Source: Spirochaetia bacterium (GTDB lineage Bacteria > Spirochaetota > Spirochaetia > SZUA-6 > Bin103). Taken from it: 64,000 nucleotides of DNA. The translations under genes were made by a program, and so were the position numbers. Position 1 is the first letter of the stretch. Every line of letters starts with the position of its first letter. The notes below the pieces were generated by a model. That model saw only the letters and a list, made by a program, of their open reading frames with translations. It did not search any database and was not told the origin of the DNA. The stretch spans positions 1,408,001 to 1,472,000 of the forward strand of contig CBDBOV010000006.1 in NCBI GenBank assembly GCA_965208575.1. Direction: 5' to 3'. Shown here in pieces: positions 38,118 to 48,162 of the stretch.

Positions 38118-39599
38118 CTACCGTTCCAGGTAGTCGCGCGCCCAGCTCCCGCCGGCCGCACCGCTGCCGGGCGCCCGCCACAGCGCCTGCGCCGCCTCGT
38201 CGGCGCCGTATTCCTTGAGCGAGGCCAGCAGCAGCTCGTGCAGTTCGGCCACCGTGGCGCGATTCGCCTCGGCCACGTCGTGCTCGGCGCGCGGGTCGGC
38301 GGCCAGGTCGAACAACTGCGGCGCGCCGGCCGGGCCGACCGGCGCGTAGCCCCAGTCGGCGGCGCGCAGGAACGGCGTGCTCGCGCGCGCCGGGAGCCGG
38401 TCCGGGGTGGCGGCGGCCGGGCGCGCATGGGCGGCGGTAATCACGTGTTCGCGCAGCCCGCCGCCGCCGGCCAGCAGTTGCCCGGCGAAGGAGCGTCCCT
38501 GCATCGGTTGCGGGGGCGCGATGTCGACGCCGGCCAGCTCGCTCAAGGTGGGCAGCAGGTCGAACGGCTGCGCGCGCAGGTCGAGCTGCGCCCCGGCCGG
38601 TACCGGACCCGCCTGCGCATTGCCGGCGATCAGGCACAGCTCGTCGCTCAGCACCGGGTACAACGGCCAGAAACGCCCGTCGTCGTCGGTGATGTTGCTC
38701 TTGCCGCAGCAGTTGTGCTCGCCCACCGCCATGCCGTGGTCGGCCATCACCACCACCAGCGAGTTGCGCCACAGGTCCAGGTCGTCGATCTTCTCCAGTA
38801 CCCGTCCGATGTGGCGGTCCACCAGTTCCGATTCGGCCGCGTAGTGCGCCCACAGGTTGCGCAACTCGGCCTCGGTGTAGCGGTCGGCGGGGCCGTAGTT
38901 GGGGTGCAGCATCGGCGGTCCGTCGTAGTCGGGGTCGTAGCGCCGCACCAGGTACTCCGGCGCATCCCACGGCTCGTGCGGATCGAAGAAGTCGACCCAC
39001 AGGAAGAACGGGCCGGCCTGGTAGTTGCGCTCCAGCCAGGTGGCGGTGGTCTGAGCGGTTTGCGCGCAGAACGTATCGGCCTCCGCGCGGATGTCGTTCA
39101 GCCACACGTGCAGGTCGATCAGCGTCCCGCCGAGGGTCTGCGGCGCCAGGCGCGTCTTGGCGCGCGGCACCGCTTCGGCGATCGGGTCGTTCATGTGCAG
39201 CAGGGTGAGGTCGCCCTCCTGGCCGCGGTGCTGGTAGCTGCCGTGGAAGCCGACCTGGAAGCCCGACTTGAACAGGTGCGGGCAGTCGCAGATCAGTTGC
39301 GTGAAGTAGCCGTGCCCGGCGAGCAGCGATGCGATGTGGTTGGTGGTGCTGTGGCTGATCGGCTGCCACCCGTAGTGCGGCCACCCCACCCGGCCGCTGG
39401 CGAAGTCGGTGCGGTGCGGAATGGTGGGGAAGCTGCTCATGGTGAGCCCGGTCAGCTCGGTGGCGCGCTCGGCCGCGAACCGGTCGAGCGCGGGGGTGCG
39501 CACCGGGCGGACCGCGCGCGTGCCGAGGTTGTCGCGCCGGAAGGTGTCGGTGATCAGGACGATGATGTTGGGATGCTCGGAAGCTGCCATGACGGCCAT
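38118..39599 (-). CDS. Sulfatase-like hydrolase with Thr in the nucleophile position
   Basis: PNIIVLITDTFRRD, PTIPHRTDFASGR, FFDPHEPWD, ADHG; start at 39599 or 39590. Confidence 0.88.
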   Translation of the reverse strand: MAVMAASEHPNIIVLITDTFRRDNLGTRAVRPVRTPALDRFAAERATELTGLTMSSFPTIPHRTDFASGRVGWPHYGWQPISHSTTNHIASLLAGHGYFTQLICDCPHLFKSGFQVGFHGSYQHRGQEGDLTLLHMNDPIAEAVPRAKTRLAPQTLGGTLIDLHVWLNDIRAEADTFCAQTAQTTATWLERNYQAGPFFLWVDFFDPHEPWDAPEYLVRRYDPDYDGPPMLHPNYGPADRYTEAELRNLWAHYAAESELVDRHIGRVLEKIDDLDLWRNSLVVVMADHGMAVGEHNCCGKSNITDDDGRFWPLYPVLSDELCLIAGNAQAGPVPAGAQLDLRAQPFDLLPTLSELAGVDIAPPQPMQGRSFAGQLLAGGGGLREHVITAAHARPAAATPDRLPARASTPFLRAADWGYAPVGPAGAPQLFDLAADPRAEHDVAEANRATVAELHELLLASLKEYGADEAAQALWRAPGSGAAGGSWARDYLER

Positions 39600-39903
39600 T
39601 GTACGCCCCCGTCCGCGGCTCGGTAAACCTTCTGTGCCTGCCATCTCCTGGAGGCGGTCGAGGGCTGGACCGATCGCGGACCGCGCCGGGAGCCCGTGCG
39701 TGATGGATCGCCTGGCGGTCGCCGGCGCGCCGGGCATGGCCTCTCCACGGCGCATCGGATCATCGGCCGCGCCACCGGTCGCGCCGGCGTAAACGGTCTC
39801 GAATCGTCCGCGCGCCGCCCGGCCCGGCACGAGCGCCGGGCCGGTGCTGTCAATGTTGCGCGGAGCATGGAATTGGGCGATAATGAAGGTGATGTCGGCA
39901 CGC

Positions 39904-40395
39904 ATGCAATCCGCCCCGCGCCGGAGGTTCGATGCTGCGCCGGAAGCGGCAAGGGTGCCGCCGGGCGGAGCGCCGGAGTCTTCCGGCGAGAGCAGGCCGA
40001 TCTTGTTCGTCGATGGCTGTTGCGTGCTGTGCCAGCGGGCGGCCGGCTGGCTCGCCCGCCGCGACCGCCGCGGACGGGTCACGCTCGCCGCTCTGCAGGG
40101 GGACACCGCGCGCCGCCTGGTGCCGGCCGCCCTGCGCGCCGCGGCGGTGGACCGAGACCCCGGCTCGGTGGTGTGGCGCACGCCGGACGGGAGGCTGCTG
40201 CTGCGCTCGACGGCGGTGCTGGCCGCGGTCGCCGCGCTCGGCGGGCGCTATCGGGCGGCCGCCCTGTTGCGCCTGGTGCCGGCGCCGGTGCGCGACGCGC
40301 TGTACGCCGCGGTCGCGCGCCGCCGGCGCCGCTGGTTCGGCGTCACCCGGGAGTGCCTGCTGCCGGCCGCCGCGCGCGGCGCGGTACTCGACTGA
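39904..40395 (+). CDS. DCC1-like thiol-disulfide oxidoreductase
   Basis: FVDGCCVLC motif, RSTAVL, RDALYAAVARRRRRWFG; start uncertain. Confidence 0.82.
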   Translation: MQSAPRRRFDAAPEAARVPPGGAPESSGESRPILFVDGCCVLCQRAAGWLARRDRRGRVTLAALQGDTARRLVPAALRAAAVDRDPGSVVWRTPDGRLLLRSTAVLAAVAALGGRYRAAALLRLVPAPVRDALYAAVARRRRRWFGVTRECLLPAAARGAVLD

Positions 40396-40406
40396 TGGAG
40401 TCCGGC

Positions 40407-40799
40407 ATGGACATGGACGTACTGTTTCTGGTCGGCCGGCTGCTGGCGGCGCTGATGTACCTGCTGATGGGCGTGAACCACTTCGTTCACCTGCCGGAGA
40501 TGATCGACTACGCCGAGGCGCGCCGTGCCCCGGTGCCGTTGCTCACGGTACCGGTCACCGGCCTCGCGCTGATCGCCGGCGCGCTGTCGATCGGCCTGGG
40601 CGTGTACGCGGCCGCCGGCGTGATCATCGTGGTGGTGTTCCTGCTGCTCGGCGCGCTGCTCGTGCACCGCCCGCTGCCGAGCGACGACGCCCGCACCGGC
40701 CAACAGGAAATGGTCAACATGCTGCGCAACCTCGCCCTGGCCGGCGCCACCCTGGCCCTGCTCGCCCGACCCAACTGGCCCTACTCCCTGACACCGTAA
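40407..40799 (+). CDS. DoxX family membrane protein
   Basis: LVGRLL..YLLMGVNHF, four hydrophobic segments, NMLRNLALAG. Confidence 0.85.
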   Translation: MDMDVLFLVGRLLAALMYLLMGVNHFVHLPEMIDYAEARRAPVPLLTVPVTGLALIAGALSIGLGVYAAAGVIIVVVFLLLGALLVHRPLPSDDARTGQQEMVNMLRNLALAGATLALLARPNWPYSLTP

Positions 40800-40870
40800 C
40801 CGGTGCGCCGCCGGGCGCAGGGTGCCGCAGGTCGAGGAAGCCGGCGGTCGCCGTCCCGCCGGCAGCCGCG

Positions 40871-41200
40871 TCAGCGCGTGCCGGGGCGGCGGAGCAGGCC
40901 GCTGAGCGCGGAGATGCCGCCGGCCGCGATCAGGGCGGCGCCGGCGAAGCTGACCACGCCCTTCAGGAGCGAGCCGAACAGGAACATGCCGGCTCCGCTG
41001 GCGAGCGCGATCCATCCGGCGCGCCGGTTGTGCGGCTGCGTGACCAGCACCCACACGCCCCAGCCCGCAGCGGCCGCCGCGAGGACCGTGCGCGACACCG
41101 GGTTCAGCAGGATGCCGTTGGCCAGCAGGACCGCCACGCCGGTGCCGGCGAGGAACAGGCCGCCGGCCACCGGCGCCGAGAGCTGCTTGCGTTCATCCAT
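40871..41200 (-). CDS. Small hypothetical membrane protein
   Basis: 109 aa, about four hydrophobic segments. Confidence 0.6.
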   Translation of the reverse strand: MDERKQLSAPVAGGLFLAGTGVAVLLANGILLNPVSRTVLAAAAAGWGVWVLVTQPHNRRAGWIALASGAGMFLFGSLLKGVVSFAGAALIAAGGISALSGLLRRPGTR

Positions 41201-41233
41201 GGCTGGAAGGTACTCAGCCGTCCGCGCCGCGGG

Positions 41234-42016
41234 CTACCGTGCGGCGGACGCGCGCAGTTCGGCGCCGGTGATGCTCGGGCACCAGAACTGCTCGATGTAG
41301 TGCACGGTCATCTCGGTGGCCGCGGCGTGACTCACGTAGGGCGGCCGCGCCGGGTTGTACATGCAATCGGTGAGGTCGCGCAGCAGGTACACGGGAATGC
41401 CCCAGCGCACCATCTGTTTGATGGCGAAGGTGCGGTTCAGGACGCACATGTTGGTGTGCACGCCGGCGATCAGCACGGTGTCGATGCCGCGCTGCCGGTA
41501 CAGGCCGAGCAGCGCGCCGCCGTCGTCGCCGATGGCATCGCGCTCGGGATCGATCCACACCCCCGGGTGCTGGCGCGACCAGCGGCGGGTCGGCTTCGGG
41601 ACCGGATCCGGGTCGGTGTCCGAGGAATCGCTGCCGTCGACCGGCAGCGGCGGATCGTCATGCTCGCGCTCGGCGGGCGGTGCGACCGGCGGCGCCTCCA
41701 GCACCCGCGTTCGCGCCGGATGGCCGGCGTAGAACTCCATGGTGTCGGAGGGGGCGTGCACCACCAGCATGCCCTGGTCTCGCGCCGCGCGCGCGGTGCG
41801 GTCGATGTCCGGCACCAGCGGCTCCAGCCGCTCCTCGGCGCCGCGGCACCAATGGTGGTCCCACACGTCGCACAGCACCAGCGCCGTCGCCGCCGGCTGC
41901 AACGCCACCGGCCCTTCGCGCACGTGCCAGCCGCGGTAGCCGCGTTCATCGAGCGCCAACTCGCGCCGGCGCGCGGTCACGGCCAGCGGCCGTCTCCAAA
42001 CCGTGCTCACCGTCAC
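41234..42016 (-). CDS. Isochorismatase/cysteine hydrolase family protein
   Basis: LVLCDVWDHHWC, AGVHTNMCVLNR, LLRDLTD. Confidence 0.85.
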   Translation of the reverse strand: MTVSTVWRRPLAVTARRRELALDERGYRGWHVREGPVALQPAATALVLCDVWDHHWCRGAEERLEPLVPDIDRTARAARDQGMLVVHAPSDTMEFYAGHPARTRVLEAPPVAPPAEREHDDPPLPVDGSDSSDTDPDPVPKPTRRWSRQHPGVWIDPERDAIGDDGGALLGLYRQRGIDTVLIAGVHTNMCVLNRTFAIKQMVRWGIPVYLLRDLTDCMYNPARPPYVSHAAATEMTVHYIEQFWCPSITGAELRASAAR

Positions 42017-42906
42017 ATTCCCCACACCGTGACCGGTGTGCCGGCGCCGGGTGGCGCGCTACGGCGGAAGATCTTCTGCCCCCAACGGTCGCGGCCCGGC
42101 TTGTGGCGGAAGCAGGCGTCGTAGCACAGCGCGTTCACCAGCCACGGCTGGCCGGCGGTGCGCGTCCAGATCAGCTCCAGTGCGTCTTCCGTGAACTTCT
42201 GCCCGGTCTGCGCCGTGTGCTGCGCGGTCAGCGCGCGGACCTCCTGCTCGGAGAAGTCGCCCAGCCGCAATGACTCGGACTTGATGTTGAAGGCGCTGCC
42301 GCCGAGCACCATCCGATTCTCGGCGGTGGAGTGGATGCGGTAGTCGCGCACGTCGCGTAGCCCGCACAGGATGATGCTGTGCGGGAAGCCGTCCGGACGC
42401 TGGTCGTAGCCGGCGCGAAGCTGCCGCAGCACCGACAGCAGGGTGTCGCCGATCAGCGCGTCGATCTCGTCGATCAGCAGCACCAGCGGTGTGGCGTCGG
42501 CCTCCGCCCAGCGGACGAGCACCTCGATGAGCGCGCCGTCCGCCCCCTCCTGTTCGAGCGCGGCGTGCCGCACCAGGTTCGGCGTCGCGTCATTCAGGGT
42601 CCGCCGCGCCCGGCGCGCGAGCTCGCCCAGCATGGCGCGCATCGAGCGCGCCGTGTCCTCGCGTCCAGCCTGGCCGACCTCGAAGTTGGCGTATACGCAG
42701 CGCCAGTCGCCCGCCTCGCCGGAATTCAGGAGATCGCGCAGCGCCAGCAGCGCCGACGTCTTGCCGGTCTGGCGCGGTGCGTGCAGCACGAAGTACCGCT
42801 CGTCGCGAATCAGGCCGAGGACATCGTCCAGATCGATCCGTGACAGCGGTGCGATCTGATAGTGCCGTGCAGCTCGGACCGGACCGGCAGTGTTGAACGT
42901 GCGCAT
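42013..42906 (-). pseudogene. P-loop AAA-like ATPase, apparently C-terminally truncated
   Basis: MRTFNTAGP start, HAPRQTGKTS, LLIDEID, TAGQPWLVNAL; family-like sequence stops at ACFRHKPGRDR and is followed by a short unrelated tail. Confidence 0.65.
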
Positions 42907-43169
42907 GGCCGTGCTGCATTGTTTCACGCCACGGCGCGCCTGTCACCGCGGGCATTCCACCCGCACGACCCGACCACTCCACGGCTCCGTTGCGGCCCGA
43001 CCAACCGCCACTGGCCGGGGAGGCGAATTACGAAACGCGTGCGGACCAATACTGCGTATCGCACAAGCTCCCCGCGGGCGGCGGGCAGGGAGCGCAGGCG
43101 GCGTCCGGGACGTTGTCAGCGGCGCGGTGCCGTGGCAAGGTGCGCGGGAGATGGCGACGGCGGAGCGCG

Positions 43170-43988
43170 ATGCCTGAGCTGCCCGAGGTAGAGACTACCC
43201 GCCGCGGCATCCGCCCGCTGCTGGTCGGACGGCGCGTCGAGGCAGTAGTGGTGCGCCAGCGCAGGCTGCGCTGGCCGGTCCCGGAGGCGCTCGACGATGC
43301 GCTGCCGGGCCGTGCGATCCGCGACGTGCGCCGGCGCGCCAAGTACCTGCTTCTGGACACCGAGCCGGCCGCCGCCGTGCTGCTGCACCTGGGCATGTCC
43401 GGTCGCCTGCGCGTCATTCCGTCCGCCACCGCGGCCGCGAAGCACGATCACGTCGACTTGGTGCTGGACAGCGGCGACGCGCTGCGGCTCACCGACCCGC
43501 GCCGTTTCGGGGCGTGCCTGTGGATCCCGGCGGGCGGCCCGCCCCACCCGCTGCTGCGCCACCTCGGCGTCGAACCGTTGAGCGCGGGGCTTACCGCCGA
43601 CTACCTGTACCGGGTCTCGCGCCGGCGCCGGGTGGCGGTCAAGAACCTGCTGATGGACTCGCGCGTGGTGTGCGGGGTGGGCAACATCTACGCCAACGAG
43701 GCGCTGTTCCGGGCGGGCATCCACCCCCTGCGCGCCGCCGGCAACATCTCGCTACGCCGCTACGCGGCCCTGGTGGAGGCGGTGCGCGCCGTGCTCGGCG
43801 AGGCGATCGCGGCCGGCGGCACCACGCTGCGCGACTACCGCGACGCGGCCGGCAACCCCGGCTACTTCGTCACCAGCCTGGCCGTGTACAGTCGCGGCGG
43901 CCAGCCCTGCCTGCGCTGCGGCGCGAAACTCAAGCTGGTCCGCATCACCGCCCGCAGCACCTGCTACTGCCCCCGCTGCCAGCGCTAA
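43170..43988 (+). CDS. mutM: Formamidopyrimidine-DNA glycosylase
   Basis: MPELPEVET, RRAKYL, HLGMSG, GVGNIYANE, zinc finger CLRC...YCPRCQ. Confidence 0.97.
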   Translation: MPELPEVETTRRGIRPLLVGRRVEAVVVRQRRLRWPVPEALDDALPGRAIRDVRRRAKYLLLDTEPAAAVLLHLGMSGRLRVIPSATAAAKHDHVDLVLDSGDALRLTDPRRFGACLWIPAGGPPHPLLRHLGVEPLSAGLTADYLYRVSRRRRVAVKNLLMDSRVVCGVGNIYANEALFRAGIHPLRAAGNISLRRYAALVEAVRAVLGEAIAAGGTTLRDYRDAAGNPGYFVTSLAVYSRGGQPCLRCGAKLKLVRITARSTCYCPRCQR

Positions 43989-44021
43989 ACACCGATCGCG
44001 AGCAAGCCGGTGCGATTCGAT

Positions 44022-44609
44022 TTACGCCCGGCTACGCTTGCCTTCAACCAGTTGCATGAATCGCAACGTGTTGCGGGGTGGATTCTTGAACTTCCACATC
44101 GTATCAGGGCGATCATTCCTTGTTCTCGGAGATGGCCAAGAAGGCTTCTTGTTGGAGCCCACGTTCTTCACGCTCACGAAGTGCTCGTGGTAATTTTCCG
44201 CCGCCAGGAACCCGGCCTGTCGCCAGAACTGACGGCCTATGGCACGACAATAGGCAACGAGACAGTGCGCACCGCGCAACTGCGCCGCGATTTCTCCTGC
44301 CAGGCCGTCGCTGCCGCCCTTCATCTCTACGTACACGATCCAACTCCGGTCATCTTCGTTGGCGATGATCACATAGTCTGCGCGCTTGCGTTCACCCCGA
44401 TTACCTCTGAATACATGACATGGGGATGGAAACTCGTCTGCTCTGAACGCGATCGTGTCGTACGGAGCACCAATTATTCTTAGTTCGTATGATTGGCCGC
44501 GAGGTTCCGTCAGTACCAGCGCCTTCCGGTTTCTTGGCGTATCACTAGCCGGCGCCAGGATCTCATCCCGGAGCAGGGCGCGGAGTATGTCGAGATCACT
44601 CATCGTCAC
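44022..44609 (-). CDS. Hypothetical protein, PD-(D/E)xK nuclease-like
   Basis: RADYVII...VYVEMKG...Q motif; overlaps the upstream ATPase gene; lower GC. Confidence 0.65.
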   Translation of the reverse strand: MTMSDLDILRALLRDEILAPASDTPRNRKALVLTEPRGQSYELRIIGAPYDTIAFRADEFPSPCHVFRGNRGERKRADYVIIANEDDRSWIVYVEMKGGSDGLAGEIAAQLRGAHCLVAYCRAIGRQFWRQAGFLAAENYHEHFVSVKNVGSNKKPSWPSPRTRNDRPDTMWKFKNPPRNTLRFMQLVEGKRSRA

Positions 44610-45981
44610 CCGACAAGATAGCGTCCTGAATCTCGTTCATCTGGTTTATGGTGTCGTCGAAGCTCCGAGCTTCGATACCATAGTCTTCGTTTATGCGTGC
44701 TCTCGACAGAGTGTGGCTACGCCCAAGCTCGCCCTTGGATTCTGTTTCGACTGGCTCGGCAAGATATACGCTCACCTGCTCCGGCTTCAGTAATTCTTCG
44801 GGGCGGTACCGTTCCTTGCTCGATATCCGCCGCAAATGAGGCTTGTCTTGATTCAGCATTATCAGAGTGTTCAACTCCTTGACGATATAGTCGCTATGCG
44901 TGGTTGCGAACACCCGAATACCCAAGTTCACCAAACGCGCAAACAACCTCGCTATTCGACGTTGGTTCCTCGGATGCAAGTTTAATTCTGGCTCATCCAC
45001 TATGAGTAAGTCACCGCGTGTGGCGAGATGGCGCAAGTAGAATCCGAGAATTAGTAGAGACCGAACGGCACTGGAACTTTCGTCCATCGTGAGAGCGAGT
45101 CCGCCTTGAGCAGGTATGAAGTGTATCGTTCCGTTGTCAGTGACTACATAGTCGCCGCCTACAATGTCGGAGAACTCGGCGAGTAGATGCGCATGGTTCT
45201 TTGCGATATAGCTGACTTCCTTCGTAGTTCTTTCGAGCTTTCGGATGAAATCGATGTTTACGTTCACCGGCAGGGGATAGATCGGACGCTCATCAGAAAA
45301 CAAATCGAGTTGAGGATCGGTGTCTTGGGAGGGCCGAGTGTCTCCGCGTAAACGATTCCGAGCGTCATCCAATTCACTACGGAACATCGCAGCTCCGGTG
45401 CGTTCTGCACTCGCAATGAATGCGCGAGGGAATAGTTCATCGAACAGAAGCTCACTTATCCAGAATGAAATGACGTCTTGAATCAATTCAGCAGGCCACG
45501 ACTCACGCGTACTTACCAACAACGAAACGTTCAGATCACTATTACCCGGTTCCTTGCGTAGCGACAGGAGTGTTCTTTCTTCGGATCCTGTTCTCCGTCG
45601 GAATCTTCGTTCTTTCGCGCTGGCCAAAGCATGCGGGTCAAGTTCGACTCGGAATGTTGTGTCGTCGAATCGATTTGACTGTGATGCGAATACTCTCGAA
45701 AGACTGTGCACGTATCGGGCGCATCCACTCTGAAGTACTTCCTCTACTTGAGCCATATACGTGCTGAGGTCAATCCGTGTTGCGCCGTCCTTCAACAAAG
45801 AACTTATAGCAGAGCGCGGAATATCTACAGACATGAGAGTGCGCCAGCGCGAAAGGAACCCGAATAGCGCGTACGTAGCATACGTTTTGCCCGTATTATT
45901 GTCCCCACAAATTAGGGTTAGGTCACGCAGTTCGAATTCGGCACGTCTGAGGGCGCCAAGGTTCTCCGCGCTGATTTTCAC
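44596..45981 (-). CDS. ABC-type ATPase (AAA_15/AAA_21)
   Basis: Walker A GDNNTGKT, ESSSAVRS signature-like, IVDEPELNLHP, TTHSD; start taken at GTG 45981. Confidence 0.9.
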   Translation of the reverse strand: MKISAENLGALRRAEFELRDLTLICGDNNTGKTYATYALFGFLSRWRTLMSVDIPRSAISSLLKDGATRIDLSTYMAQVEEVLQSGCARYVHSLSRVFASQSNRFDDTTFRVELDPHALASAKERRFRRRTGSEERTLLSLRKEPGNSDLNVSLLVSTRESWPAELIQDVISFWISELLFDELFPRAFIASAERTGAAMFRSELDDARNRLRGDTRPSQDTDPQLDLFSDERPIYPLPVNVNIDFIRKLERTTKEVSYIAKNHAHLLAEFSDIVGGDYVVTDNGTIHFIPAQGGLALTMDESSSAVRSLLILGFYLRHLATRGDLLIVDEPELNLHPRNQRRIARLFARLVNLGIRVFATTHSDYIVKELNTLIMLNQDKPHLRRISSKERYRPEELLKPEQVSVYLAEPVETESKGELGRSHTLSRARINEDYGIEARSFDDTINQMNEIQDAILSGDDE

Positions 45982-46355
45982 GCTGGCATCTCGGTCCAAG
46001 GTCGGGCGTTCGTTACGATGATGGCGCCATACGAGTCCCGCATCGAGCCAATACGAGGATGGCGCTCGACACAGGGCAACCTGCCGTGCGCAATGTATAC
46101 GAGCTCGCTCCTTGGCGAGTGCCTGCGGAGGTCGGGCGTACAATGCATCGGGGAATAGTCGGTTGGTGGTAAGGGATACGTGCAACCGTTCGGTTGGTGC
46201 GCCCCGCGATGTGTGATAGCACGTCCTCGTTGCATGATGGGGTTGTACAGCACGGGCCGACGGCCGTCAAACGCATCGGTGGCTGAGCAGAGAACATCTT
46301 TTCTGGTCCACTTGGACATCTGTCGATGGTGGAGGCGTCAACGAACGATTGGCTG

Positions 46356-47798
46356 CTAGGCCGCGGATTCCTTGAACTCGGTGACTAGGCCTTCGACGGT
46401 GGACTTGGCGTCGCCGAAGATCATGTAGGAGTTGTCGCGGAAGAACAGCGGGTTGTCGATGCCGGCGAAGCCGCTGGCCATGGAGCGCTTCAGGATGAAG
46501 CAGGTGCGCGCCTTGTCGGCGTCGATGATCGGCATGCCGTAGATCGGGCTGCCTTCGTCCTCGCGCGCGGCCGGGTTCACCACGTCGTTGGCGCCGATCA
46601 CGATCGCCACGTCGACGGTGTCCATGCTCGGGTTGATCGAGTCCATCTCCACGAGCTGGTCGTAGCTGACGTTGGCCTCGGCGAGCAGCACGTTCATGTG
46701 GCCCGGCATGCGCCCCGCCACCGGGTGGATGGCGTACTTCACCTCGGTGCCGTTGTGCTCGAGCATCTCGGCCAGCTCGCGCACCGCGTGCTGCGCCTGC
46801 GCCACCGCCATGCCGTAGCCGGGAATGACCACCACCGAGCTGGCCGCCTCCAGGATGTAGTAGGCGTCGCTGGCCTGCATTGGCTTGGCCTCGCCCTCGA
46901 TGGCGCTGCCGCCGGACGAGCCGCCGGCCGCGCCGAAGCCGCTGAACAGCACGTTGCCGAGCGAGCGGTTCATCGCCTTGCACATGATGCTGGTAAGGAT
47001 GATGCCGCTGGCGCCGACCAGGGCGCCGGTAATGATCAGCAGGTTGTTGCGGATCACGAAGCCGGCCGCGCACGCCGCCAGTCCCGAGTAGCTGTTGAGC
47101 AGCGAGATCACCACCGGCATGTCGGCGCCGCCGATCGGGATCACCACCATGATGCCGAGCAGCAGCGCCACCCCGGTGGCCACCACCGCGATCCAGTACT
47201 GGTCGGGACTGACGGTAAACCACACCGCGCCCACCAGGATGGCGAGCAGGATCAGGAAGTTGACCACGTTCTGGCCGGTGAACAGCACCGGTTTCTGGGT
47301 CACCACCCCACTCAGCTTGCCCCACGCGATGATGCTGCCGGTGAACGTGATGCCGCCGATCAGGATCGCCAGGTAGATGGTGGCGGCGGAAAAGCCTCCG
47401 CCGATGTCCGACAGGAATTGGGCGGCCATGGCGGCATCCTGCGCCGGGGCGCCCCAGCCGATGCCCATCGAGTCGGCCACCACCTGGTAGGTGCCCCAGC
47501 CGACCAGCAGGCTGGCCAGGCCGCCGAAGCCGTTGAACAGCGCCACCATCTCCGGCATCGCGGTCATCTTGACCAGCTTGGAGGCGAGCACGCCGATGAT
47601 CGCGCCGACGAGCGCGCCGACGATGATCCACTGGAACTGGAAGCCGCGCCCCACCAGGGTGGCGACGATGGCGATCAGCATGCCGAGCGCGCTCGTTGCG
47701 TTGCCGCGCCGCGCGGTGGTGGCCTTGGAGAGCTGCTTGATGCCGAATACGAACAGGATCGCGGAGACGATGTACAGGAGCGGGGTGACGAAGTTCAC
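46356..47798 (-). CDS. pntB: NAD(P) transhydrogenase beta subunit
   Basis: MPEMVALFNG, GGADMPVVISLLNSYSG, PGYGMAVAQAQH, HPVAGRMPGHMNVLLAEA. Confidence 0.97.
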   Translation of the reverse strand: MNFVTPLLYIVSAILFVFGIKQLSKATTARRGNATSALGMLIAIVATLVGRGFQFQWIIVGALVGAIIGVLASKLVKMTAMPEMVALFNGFGGLASLLVGWGTYQVVADSMGIGWGAPAQDAAMAAQFLSDIGGGFSAATIYLAILIGGITFTGSIIAWGKLSGVVTQKPVLFTGQNVVNFLILLAILVGAVWFTVSPDQYWIAVVATGVALLLGIMVVIPIGGADMPVVISLLNSYSGLAACAAGFVIRNNLLIITGALVGASGIILTSIMCKAMNRSLGNVLFSGFGAAGGSSGGSAIEGEAKPMQASDAYYILEAASSVVVIPGYGMAVAQAQHAVRELAEMLEHNGTEVKYAIHPVAGRMPGHMNVLLAEANVSYDQLVEMDSINPSMDTVDVAIVIGANDVVNPAAREDEGSPIYGMPIIDADKARTCFILKRSMASGFAGIDNPLFFRDNSYMIFGDAKSTVEGLVTEFKESAA

Positions 47799-48118
47799 GC
47801 GCCGCCTCCCTTCTTGCCGGGCGCCGGCCGCGTCTTGAACATTTCAAGCATGCGGTCGGTCACCAGGTAGCCGCCCACCACGTTGATGGTGGCGAACCCG
47901 ACGGCGCACGCCCCCAGGATGGTGGTGAGGGTGCTCGGCGACTCGCGTACCTCGAGGGTGATCAACGCGCCCACCAGCGAGATGCCGGAAATGGCGTTGG
48001 AGCCGGACATCAGCGGCGTGTGCAGTTGGGACGGCACCTTGGTGATCAGCTCCAACCCCAGGAACATGGCGAGGATGAAGATGAAGAACAGAAATTCGAA
48101 CTGTTGCAGGGCTTCCAT
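47795..48118 (-). CDS. pntAB: NAD(P) transhydrogenase alpha subunit, membrane part
   Basis: LHTPLMSGSNAISG, INVVGGYLVTDRMLEMF. Confidence 0.95.
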   Translation of the reverse strand: MEALQQFEFLFFIFILAMFLGLELITKVPSQLHTPLMSGSNAISGISLVGALITLEVRESPSTLTTILGACAVGFATINVVGGYLVTDRMLEMFKTRPAPGKKGGGA

Positions 48119-48162
48119 GACAAATCCTTTCAGTATGGTCTTCCGATGTGGCTGCGGCGCAA

